DNA of 64,000 nt, taken from assembly GCA_024697575.1 (NCBI GenBank), contig JAILFM010000128.1, positions 7,973 through 71,972 of the forward strand, given 5' to 3'. The translations under genes were made by a program, and so were the position numbers. Positions 9,978 through 17,847 of this stretch are shown here, piece by piece. Position 1 is the first letter of the stretch. Every line of letters starts with the position of its first letter. Origin of the DNA: Clostridiales bacterium. Lineage in GTDB: Bacteria > Bacillota > Clostridia > Oscillospirales > Acutalibacteraceae. The notes beneath the pieces are model-generated. The model did no database searches and was not told the origin of the DNA. It saw only the letters and a list, made by a program, of their open reading frames with translations.

Positions 9978-10379
9978 TTATTTCGGGTTAACAATATCGC
10001 GCCAGTCAAGGTCTCCCCTTGCGAGCGAATGTATGAGCGCCTCGGCGGTTGCGATATTCGTCGCAACCGGAATATTATGGACATCGCAAAGGCGCAGAAG
10101 GTTATCCTCATTCTCCTGAGTTTCGGAATCTGTCATGGAATCACGGAATATCAAAAGAAGATCGATTTCATTACAGGCTATTCTTGATGCAATTTGTTCC
10201 CCGCCGCCCTGAGGACCGCTGAGAAACTTGGCAATTTCAAGTCCGGTGGCCTCAGCCACCATTTTGCCCGTCGTTCCCGTCGCAAAAAGATTGTGCCTTG
10301 ACAATATGCCGCAGTATGCGATGCAAAACTGAACCATCAACTCTTTTTTGCCGTCATTTGCAATTAACCCTATATTCAT
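9978..10379 (-). CDS. mgsA: Methylglyoxal synthase
   Basis: MNIGLIANDGKKE, FATGTTG, SGPQGGGEQI and LCDVHNIPVATNIATAE. Start at the ATG at 10379; the longer ORF-track start overlaps gyrA. Confidence 0.9.
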   Translation of the reverse strand: MNIGLIANDGKKELMVQFCIAYCGILSRHNLFATGTTGKMVAEATGLEIAKFLSGPQGGGEQIASRIACNEIDLLLIFRDSMTDSETQENEDNLLRLCDVHNIPVATNIATAEALIHSLARGDLDWRDIVNPK

Positions 10380-10413
10380 ATAACACCTTCTCTTTCGCTT
10401 TGTTAAAATATGT

Positions 10414-12975
10414 TTATTCCTCCGGTGTTTGCGTTGCTTGATCGGAGAGCGTGTTTTCACTGTCTTCGCTGTCCTGCCCGGAATTTTCAACGCTGACAAC
10501 ATCATCGTCCTCTTCATCCTTTGAAAGGCTGACAGCGGAAATAAGCCTGTCACCCTCGTTAAGTCTCATCAAGATAACACCCTTTGACGGTCTTGAATGA
10601 GGCGTTACGCCACAGAGTGAAACCTTAACAACCATGCCGTTAAGAGATATGAGCATAATATTGTCATCCTGATTGACAAGACCTGTGAAAATAACATTGC
10701 CGTATTTTTCGGTATGGTAGTTAATAAGACCTTTGCCGCCCCTTGAGTGAACCGGGAAGTCAGTAACCGGACTTAACCTGCCGAAACCGTTTTCGGATAT
10801 GGTAAGAATATATTTGCTCTCGTCAATAATGTCAAGACCGACAACCTCATCACCTTCGGCAAGCTTCATTGCCCGCATACCTCTCCCGGATCTGCCGATT
10901 GCCCTCGCCTGGTCGGTCGAGAAGCAAACACATTTGCCGAACTTTGAAGCCACAATAATGGTATTATCGTTTGAGTCAATCGCCGCGAGCGCAAGCTCGT
11001 CCCCTTCATCAAGACTGATAGCTATAATACCTGTCTGCCTTATTTTTTTAAACATATCAAGGCTGCATCTTTTGATAACGCCTTTTTTCGTAACCATATC
11101 AATAAAGTATTCGCCCGAATCAAATACCGGAACCTTGAGCATTACGGAAACCTTTTCGCCGGGCATCAGAGAAAGCATATTCACAACGCTTGTCCCCTTT
11201 GCAGTCCTCGAGCTTTCCGGAACCATATAGCCCTTTATGCTGTAAACCCTGCCAAGCGAAGTGAAGAACATAATATTGTCATGGCTGGAACAGGTGAACA
11301 TGGTCTTTATGTTATCTTCGTCACGCTGAGTTATACCCTTAACGCCTTTACCGCCTCTGCCCTGAAGCTTGTATTCGGCAACGGGCGTTCTCTTAATAAA
11401 CCCGCGCTCAGTGAGCGCAAAAACACAGTCTGTCACGGGGATAAGGTCTTCAACATCAACCTCACCGCTGACATTCTGAATTTCGGTTCTTCTCTCATCG
11501 CCGAATTTCTCGGCAATCGAGATTAATTCGTCCTTTAAGACGCCGTTGATTTTGTTTTCATCGGCAAGAATACTGCGAAGGTTTGCTATTTTTTCTTCAA
11601 GGTCCCTGTATTCGCTTTCAAGCTTTTCCTTGTCCAGCCCCTGAAGGGCTTTCAAACGCATATCAAGAATCGCCTGGGTCTGAATTTCATCAAGACCGAA
11701 GCGGGACATCAGCCTTTCTCCGGCATCGTCATAACTTGTGCGGATAATGTGAATGACTTCATCGATATTTGACTGCGCCGTGAAAAGTCCTTCGATAATA
11801 TGCGCACGGGCAAGCATCTTTTTAAGGTCAAAATTAATTCTGCGGCGGATAACCTGCTTCTGGAAGAAGAGATATTCGTCGATAACTTCTTTAAGAGAAA
11901 GAATTTTCGGCTGTTTCTGGTCATCAACAAGAGCGCGCATGATGATGCTGAAGGTGCTCTGCATTGCCGTCTGGGCAAAAAGCCTGTTCAAAACAACATT
12001 GGGATTGGCGTCTCTTTTAAGCTCAATAACAATGCGCATGCCCTTTTTGTCTGTTTCGTCGCGAAGGTCGGAAATGCCCTCAAGGCGTTTTTCTTTAACC
12101 TGGTCGGCAATAGATTTGATAAGAGCGCGCTTTTTGACAGTATAAGGCAGCTCGGTGACAATAATCCTTGTTCTTGATTCTCTGCCGTATTCCTCAAAAT
12201 TGGCTTTTGCCCTGACAACAACCTTGCCTCTGCCGGTTGCATAAGCGGCGCGTATTCCCGCCCTGCCCATAATAATACCCTTTGTGGGGAAATCAGGTCC
12301 TTTGATATGCTCCATGAGCATGTCAAGAGTCGCATCCGGATTATCGAGAACGCAGACACACGCACCGACCACCTCTTTAAGGTTATGCGGCGGAATGCTG
12401 GTAGTCATACCGACTGCAATACCCTGCGAACCGTTCACAAGCAGATTGGGGAACTTTGAAGGCAATACCTTCGGCTCTTTTCTGGACTCGTCAAAATTCG
12501 GGTTCCAATCAACCGTATCTTTATCAATATCTTCAAGCAGTTTGTTGCTGATTTTACTAAGCCTCGCCTCTGTGTAACGGTATGCGGCAGGCGGGTCGCC
12601 GTCAACGGAGCCGAAATTGCCGTGACCGTCAACAAGCATATATCTCATTGAAAAATCCTGCGCAAGGCGAACCATGGCATCATAAACCGAAGCATCGCCG
12701 TGCGGATGATATTTACCCAGAACGTCGCCGACGCAAGCCGCGGCTTTTTTGAACGGCTTATCGCTTGTCATACCGTCCTCATAAAGAGTGTAGAGAATGC
12801 GGCGGTGAACGGGCTTTAAGCCGTCGCGTACATCCGGTAAAGCTCTGTCAACAATAACGGACATAGAATAGTCCAGCATTGCTTTTTTCATCTCGGCGAC
12901 GATATTGCTCTCTGTAATAACCTGATCGGGGAACATTATGTCCTCCGGTTTGTAGTCCCTGTTATGTGCCATCAC
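10414..12975 (-). CDS. gyrA: DNA gyrase subunit A
   Basis: [24 protein letters not shown] (catalytic Tyr), GyrA-box QGRGGKG, beta-pinwheel repeats and an acidic tail. Confidence 0.95.
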   Translation of the reverse strand: MMAHNRDYKPEDIMFPDQVITESNIVAEMKKAMLDYSMSVIVDRALPDVRDGLKPVHRRILYTLYEDGMTSDKPFKKAAACVGDVLGKYHPHGDASVYDAMVRLAQDFSMRYMLVDGHGNFGSVDGDPPAAYRYTEARLSKISNKLLEDIDKDTVDWNPNFDESRKEPKVLPSKFPNLLVNGSQGIAVGMTTSIPPHNLKEVVGACVCVLDNPDATLDMLMEHIKGPDFPTKGIIMGRAGIRAAYATGRGKVVVRAKANFEEYGRESRTRIIVTELPYTVKKRALIKSIADQVKEKRLEGISDLRDETDKKGMRIVIELKRDANPNVVLNRLFAQTAMQSTFSIIMRALVDDQKQPKILSLKEVIDEYLFFQKQVIRRRINFDLKKMLARAHIIEGLFTAQSNIDEVIHIIRTSYDDAGERLMSRFGLDEIQTQAILDMRLKALQGLDKEKLESEYRDLEEKIANLRSILADENKINGVLKDELISIAEKFGDERRTEIQNVSGEVDVEDLIPVTDCVFALTERGFIKRTPVAEYKLQGRGGKGVKGITQRDEDNIKTMFTCSSHDNIMFFTSLGRVYSIKGYMVPESSRTAKGTSVVNMLSLMPGEKVSVMLKVPVFDSGEYFIDMVTKKGVIKRCSLDMFKKIRQTGIIAISLDEGDELALAAIDSNDNTIIVASKFGKCVCFSTDQARAIGRSGRGMRAMKLAEGDEVVGLDIIDESKYILTISENGFGRLSPVTDFPVHSRGGKGLINYHTEKYGNVIFTGLVNQDDNIMLISLNGMVVKVSLCGVTPHSRPSKGVILMRLNEGDRLISAVSLSKDEEDDDVVSVENSGQDSEDSENTLSDQATQTPEE

Positions 12976-12984
12976 TTCACCTCC

Positions 12985-15030
12985 TTAAACATCAAGATTT
13001 TCAACATAAATTGCGTTTTCTTCAATCCATTCGCGGCGCGGGTCAACTTCTTCACCCATAAGAAGGCTGAAAACTTCGTCCGCCGCAACGGCGTCCTCAA
13101 GGGTAATACGGCGAAGAGAACGCTTTTCGGGATCCATTGTGGTATCCCACAATTCGTGCGCATCCATTTCACCAAGACCTTTGAAACGGCTGATGTCGAT
13201 TTTTGCGTTTTCATTGTCGCCCCTCATCTGTGAGGAGATCGCATCACGTTCGGCGTCTGAATAAGCCACCCTCTGGGTTTTGCCTTTTGTGATTTTATAA
13301 AGCGGAGGAACCGCCGAATAGACATATCCGTTTTCAATAAGCGGACGCATGTAGCGGAAAAAGAAGGTCAACAGAAGAATTCTGATGTGCGCGCCGTCAA
13401 CATCGGCATCCGACATAATGATAATTTTGTGATAACGCAGTTTTTCAATATTGAATTCGTCGCCGATTCCCGCACCCATGGCAACAATCAGCGGATTAAG
13501 TTTTTCGTTGTTATATACTTTGTCTATTCTCGCTTTTTCGACATTGAGCATTTTGCCCCACATGGCAAGAATAGCCTGAAACCTTGAATCGCGCCCCTGA
13601 ATCGCAGAGCCGGCAGCCGAATCGCCCTCGACAATATAAAGCTCGCAAAGGGATGCGTCACGTTCGTTACAATCCTGAAGTTTATCGGGCATCTGGCCGC
13701 TTTCAAGCCCGGTCTTACGCCTGACGGATTCCCTCGCCTTACGCGCGGCTTCTCTGGCTCTGTTAGCCATAAGCGCTTTTTCAAGAATTGCTTTGCCGAC
13801 AGCGGGATTCTGGTCAAAGTATTCTTCCAGCTCTTCGGTAACGATGGAATTGACAAGAGGCCTGATTTCGATGTTACCCAGCTTTGCCTTTGTCTGACCC
13901 TCAAACTGAGCGTCGGTTAATTTGACGGAAATAACACAGGTTATACCCTCGCGGCAGTCTTCGCCGGTAACTTTTTCGTCACCTTTGAGCAAATTGATTT
14001 TTTTGCCGTATTTGTTCAGAGCACCGGTCAGCGCGCGTTTAAAGCCGTCAACATGCATGCCGCCCTCCGGAGTGTGCACATTATTGGCAAAAGAAACAAT
14101 CGTTTCGTTGTATGAGTCGTTATACTGGAAAGCAATTTCGCAGTCTGCATTCTGCTTTTTTCCGGACATATAAATTATATCTTCGTGAACCGGCGTTTTA
14201 TATTTATTGAGGTATTTGACATATTCTCTTATACCGCCCTCGTAGCACAAAACGTCCTTGCGGTCTTTTTCACTCTTGCCGGCGCTTTCTTCGCGGGTAT
14301 CTTCAATTGAAATCGTAAGCCCCGCATTAAGAAACGCTTCTTCACGCATACGCTTGTGAAGCACTTCGTAGTCATAGACTGTAGTGTCCGTGAACATAAC
14401 CGGGTCAGGCTTAAAGCGAACATGGGTTCCGGTTATATCAGTTTCGCCCACAATACGCATTTTTTCGGTCACATTGCCGCGTTCGAACCTCATTTTATAG
14501 ATTTTTCCGTTTTTGTGAACAAAAACCTCGAGCCATTCCGACAAAGCGTTGACAACGGAAGCGCCAACACCGTGAAGGCCGCCGGCAACTTTATAACCGC
14601 CTCCGCCGAATTTGCCGCCGGCGTGAAGCACAGTGAAAACAACCTCAAGGGCGGGCAGACCGACCTGTTCCTGTATATCAATGGGAATTCCGCGCCCGTT
14701 ATCCGTTACACTGATGATATTTCCCGGTTCAATCACAAGATTTATTCTTGTGCAGTAACCCGCCAGCGCTTCGTCAATGGCGTTATCAACAATTTCATAT
14801 ACAAGGTGATGCAGACCGGATGAACTTGTTGTGCCTATATACATTCCGGGCCTTTTACGAACCGCCTCAAGCCCTTCAAGAACCTGAATCTGCTCTGCGC
14901 CGTATTCCTGTGTCACAGCTGTACTCACGGGCGAATCGGTGCTTTCAAAATCAACATATTCATCCTTGACTTCTTCAACGGGATATATTCCGTTTTCGGT
15001 GTCGATGATTTCTTCACTGTAATTATCCAT
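12985..15030 (-). CDS. gyrB: DNA gyrase subunit B
   Basis: IQVLEGLEAVRKRPGMYIG, EIVDNAIDE, GLHGVGASVVNALS, TOPRIM EGDSA and DADVDG, RFKGLGEM. Confidence 0.96.
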   Translation of the reverse strand: MDNYSEEIIDTENGIYPVEEVKDEYVDFESTDSPVSTAVTQEYGAEQIQVLEGLEAVRKRPGMYIGTTSSSGLHHLVYEIVDNAIDEALAGYCTRINLVIEPGNIISVTDNGRGIPIDIQEQVGLPALEVVFTVLHAGGKFGGGGYKVAGGLHGVGASVVNALSEWLEVFVHKNGKIYKMRFERGNVTEKMRIVGETDITGTHVRFKPDPVMFTDTTVYDYEVLHKRMREEAFLNAGLTISIEDTREESAGKSEKDRKDVLCYEGGIREYVKYLNKYKTPVHEDIIYMSGKKQNADCEIAFQYNDSYNETIVSFANNVHTPEGGMHVDGFKRALTGALNKYGKKINLLKGDEKVTGEDCREGITCVISVKLTDAQFEGQTKAKLGNIEIRPLVNSIVTEELEEYFDQNPAVGKAILEKALMANRAREAARKARESVRRKTGLESGQMPDKLQDCNERDASLCELYIVEGDSAAGSAIQGRDSRFQAILAMWGKMLNVEKARIDKVYNNEKLNPLIVAMGAGIGDEFNIEKLRYHKIIIMSDADVDGAHIRILLLTFFFRYMRPLIENGYVYSAVPPLYKITKGKTQRVAYSDAERDAISSQMRGDNENAKIDISRFKGLGEMDAHELWDTTMDPEKRSLRRITLEDAVAADEVFSLLMGEEVDPRREWIEENAIYVENLDV

Positions 15031-15055
15031 AAAAACTCCTCTTTGCGCTATTGCC

Positions 15056-15937
15056 TTAACCTAACCCGTTTGTCGGTGTAAAGGGATTTTTCACCTTTTT
15101 CTTGGGCTTGTATTTCGGCGGATTTTCAAGCCGGATTCTTGCCCCTTTGCCGTCCTTTGAATAAAGATAACGGTTAACGTTGATAACAGCCGGCGCAAGG
15201 TCGTCGCTCATATAGTCAACGCAGTTTGCCAATAGCTCCTGGTCGTTTTCAAGCGCTCCGAGAATGGTTACGCAGATAATCCCCTGAGTCTCGTTTGTGC
15301 CGTCTTCGTAAATATCGTTAAGAAGGTTAAAAAGCTTTTTCATTTTGACCGAATCGTTCTCTCTGATTGTGGCAACCGCCGCGGGCGTGCCGTAGTTGAT
15401 GAAGAAATCTTCCGGAAGAAACATTCCGTATTTTTCGCAATTCATCCGGTACGCCTCGCGAAGCTCGGGATAAATCGCCGTGAAACGGGAAGCGAGGGTG
15501 TTCGGGTCATATGAAAGCATGCCGCTTTTCGCCTGCGCCTTCGACACGGGAGTCGGCAGCTTTGTCTTCACGGGTTTAACGGTTTTTGTGCCGAAAAACT
15601 CAACCAGAGTGTCCGAAAAATCATTGACGACGTAGCGGATATCTTTAGCGTTTGCCGTTTCGCTTTCAAGTAAAGTCAAAGTCAAACGCGAATAATCCGA
15701 GGGGAGAACTTCACCCTCTTTCATCGCGCCGTAAAGCGCGATTTTATCGTTGACATATTCAACCTTCGCCTTTTTGCCTTCACCGGCAAACTCGACATAT
15801 GAACTGCCGTCCGTCCCTTCGACAACCGGAGTTCCCTTCCCCTGCGGGTAAACTATTTCCATACCGCACTCGCCGACAGTGTTTGTCATGCCGGCGCAAA
15901 CTTCTGATAAAACAGTGTTGATATCTGCCATATTCAA
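15056..15937 (-). CDS. Hypothetical protein leading the gyrB-gyrA run
   Basis: 293-aa ORF with normal composition, 25 bp upstream of gyrB; no family recognised. Confidence 0.7.
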   Translation of the reverse strand: MNMADINTVLSEVCAGMTNTVGECGMEIVYPQGKGTPVVEGTDGSSYVEFAGEGKKAKVEYVNDKIALYGAMKEGEVLPSDYSRLTLTLLESETANAKDIRYVVNDFSDTLVEFFGTKTVKPVKTKLPTPVSKAQAKSGMLSYDPNTLASRFTAIYPELREAYRMNCEKYGMFLPEDFFINYGTPAAVATIRENDSVKMKKLFNLLNDIYEDGTNETQGIICVTILGALENDQELLANCVDYMSDDLAPAVINVNRYLYSKDGKGARIRLENPPKYKPKKKVKNPFTPTNGLG

Positions 15938-16135
15938 TCCCTTTCAAAAGATAAAAAGTAAAAATCATATACCTTGGTATTATACCACAAATACTTTATT
16001 TATTGTTCTTTTTTGGAATTAAATCGCATTATTTTAATATATTAAAATTTTTATATTATAGATTTAGCAATTCGGTTGACCGAACAGACTTTTTATGCTA
16101 ATATAAAAAAAACCGTGGCTGTGAGGTAAGTAAGC

Positions 16136-17212
16136 ATGGGTTATTCGCAATATCCGAAAGTTATACGGCAAAAAATGCGCAAACGGGAACGCCGCCGCTC
16201 AAAAGTGATAATTGTTGCCGTGTTATGCGCAGTACTGTTTATTACAGCCTGCGGCTGCGCCGCCTTTATAGTCATGCGTTCAAAAGGCAAAAGCAGTCTT
16301 TCACTCGAAGCGCCGGAAGAAATCACGGGTGTTATGCAAAGTGAAAAAATCAAACCAGTTGTCAAAAACTCCGGCAAAATAATCAATTATGACGGCAAAG
16401 AATACGCTTTTAACGAAGACACAGTCGCCTTTTTATTCATGGGTCTGGATAAAGAAATCGCTGAAAATTCAAACGGACCCGCCGGAACTGCCGGCCAGAC
16501 CGACGTTCTGATTGTCGCCGTATGGGACACGGCAAAAAACAAAATTCAATTTCTTGTTATCCCGCGTGACACCTTGGCTGACATCAATGTCTTTTATACA
16601 GACGGCAACTACAAAAGCATTATGAACGCTCAGATATGTCTCGCCTTTGCCTACGGCAGCGGCGGAAAGGACAGCTGTGAAAATGTGCTTTCCTCTGTCA
16701 GCAGGCTTTTAATGGGCGTTAAAATAAAGCAGTATTTCTGCCTTGACCTTGACGGTGTTCCGGCTTTAAATGACCTTGTGGGCGGAGTAACACTGACACC
16801 TGTTGAAACCTTCGGGAACTTTGTTAAAGGAAAGCAGGTGACTCTTTTGGGTCAGGATGCCGAAAACTACATCCGCTTAAGAGATTTTGAAAAAATCGAC
16901 GCAGATAATTCAAGGCGTCTTCGCCAAAAACAATATCTTGAGGCTTTTGCAGGGGTGCTGACGGAAAAAATAAAAATCAACTTCGGCTTTTCAAGAACTT
17001 TTTATAATGAAGCATCAAAGTATTCGGTAACAAATATTTCTCCTAACGAAGCGGCGTTTCTTGCCTCCGAATATATGACAAAACGCCCGTCGGCTGATTC
17101 TTTCATTACCGTTCCGGGCAAATATCAAAAAGGTGAAACAAGCCCCGAATATATTCCGGATAACGCCGGACTTTTCCGTATTGTTCTTGATTTGTTCTAT
17201 ACCGAAGTCTGA
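16136..17212 (+). CDS. LCP (LytR-CpsA-Psr) cell-wall glycopolymer transferase
   Basis: Basic N-terminus plus one TM helix; FLFMGLD, TDVLIV, IPRDT, YIRLRD and RRLRQKQYL motifs. Confidence 0.88.
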   Translation: MGYSQYPKVIRQKMRKRERRRSKVIIVAVLCAVLFITACGCAAFIVMRSKGKSSLSLEAPEEITGVMQSEKIKPVVKNSGKIINYDGKEYAFNEDTVAFLFMGLDKEIAENSNGPAGTAGQTDVLIVAVWDTAKNKIQFLVIPRDTLADINVFYTDGNYKSIMNAQICLAFAYGSGGKDSCENVLSSVSRLLMGVKIKQYFCLDLDGVPALNDLVGGVTLTPVETFGNFVKGKQVTLLGQDAENYIRLRDFEKIDADNSRRLRQKQYLEAFAGVLTEKIKINFGFSRTFYNEASKYSVTNISPNEAAFLASEYMTKRPSADSFITVPGKYQKGETSPEYIPDNAGLFRIVLDLFYTEV

Positions 17213-17251
17213 GATTTACCGCGGCATTAAATACCGATAAATAAAAATAAC

Positions 17252-17280
17252 TTGACAAACCGGACTCTAACCATTAAAAT
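17252..17280 (+). promoter_or_regulatory. sigma70-type promoter
   Basis: TTGACA-17 nt-TAAAAT, 57 bp upstream of the ATG at 17337. Confidence 0.7.
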
Positions 17281-17336
17281 GACTCAATGTCACATTGACA
17301 TTTATAATATATTTAATTTTGAAAAGAGGATTTATC

Positions 17337-17765
17337 ATGAAAAAGATTTATGCTTTACTTTTGGCGGTTGTCATTGCCGCCGTTTCACTCTGCGCTCTTT
17401 CGGTCACTGTTTTTGCCAAAGATGACCCCGAAGCGACAGTTCCGCCCGCAACAGCAGCCGCTCCCGCAGTCACCGCCGCTCCGACTACAGCCGCTCCGGC
17501 AACAACAGCCGCCCCTGCGACAACAGCCGCTCCCGCGACTACTGCCGCTCCGGCAGCCGAAGACGATGATGAAATCTACACCAATCCCGAAGGTATGACC
17601 GCTATTGACGATGGAGACGAAGTTAAGACAAAGGTTTATACCCCCGCTGCGGTTGACACTCACAACCCCGGCACGGGCAGCAACCCGACAGTCGCCGTTG
17701 TTTCACTGATAGCGCTTACCTGCGCCGCAGCAGTTGCCGTCAGAACAAAGAAAGAAGATAAATAA
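17337..17765 (+). CDS. Small Ala/Pro/Thr-rich surface protein with an NPxTG sorting signal
   Basis: Signal peptide MKKIYALLLAVVIAAVSLCALSVTVFA, PATTAA repeats, then NPGTG, a hydrophobic stretch and an RTKKEDK tail. Confidence 0.75.
   Translation: MKKIYALLLAVVIAAVSLCALSVTVFAKDDPEATVPPATAAAPAVTAAPTTAAPATTAAPATTAAPATTAAPAAEDDDEIYTNPEGMTAIDDGDEVKTKVYTPAAVDTHNPGTGSNPTVAVVSLIALTCAAAVAVRTKKEDK
17445..17558 (+). repeat. Degenerate 18-bp tandem repeat encoding PATTAA
   Basis: About 6 units of CCNGCNACNACNGCCGCN, with one unit of 15 bp. Confidence 0.8.
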
Positions 17766-17781
17766 TTCAAACACTATTGCC

Positions 17782-17832
17782 GCGGGGCATCGGAATGCAA
17801 GTTGCAAACCGGTGCCCCGCATTTTTTGTTTT
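17782..17832 (+). terminator. Intrinsic terminator between convergent genes
   Basis: GCGGGGCATCGG/CCGGTGCCCCGC stem with an inner TGCAA/TTGCA stem, followed by ATTTTTTGTTTTT. Confidence 0.75.
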
Positions 17833-17847
17833 TGGGAAACGCTGTTT

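Noticed and set aside
10414-15030. Topoisomerase IV (parC/parE) instead of gyrase
   Set aside because: GyrA-box QGRGGKG and a full C-terminal pinwheel are present.
16071-16084. TTCGGT-TG-ACCGAA palindrome over the LCP gene -35
   Set aside because: Only 6-bp arms, single copy, no linked regulator; too weak to call.
15938-16135. oriC next to gyrB
   Set aside because: AT-rich, but no TTATCCACA box cluster and no dnaA/dnaN/recF; it is a divergent promoter region.
17445-17558. Short repeats as a CRISPR array
   Set aside because: In-frame coding repeats with no unique spacers and no cas genes.
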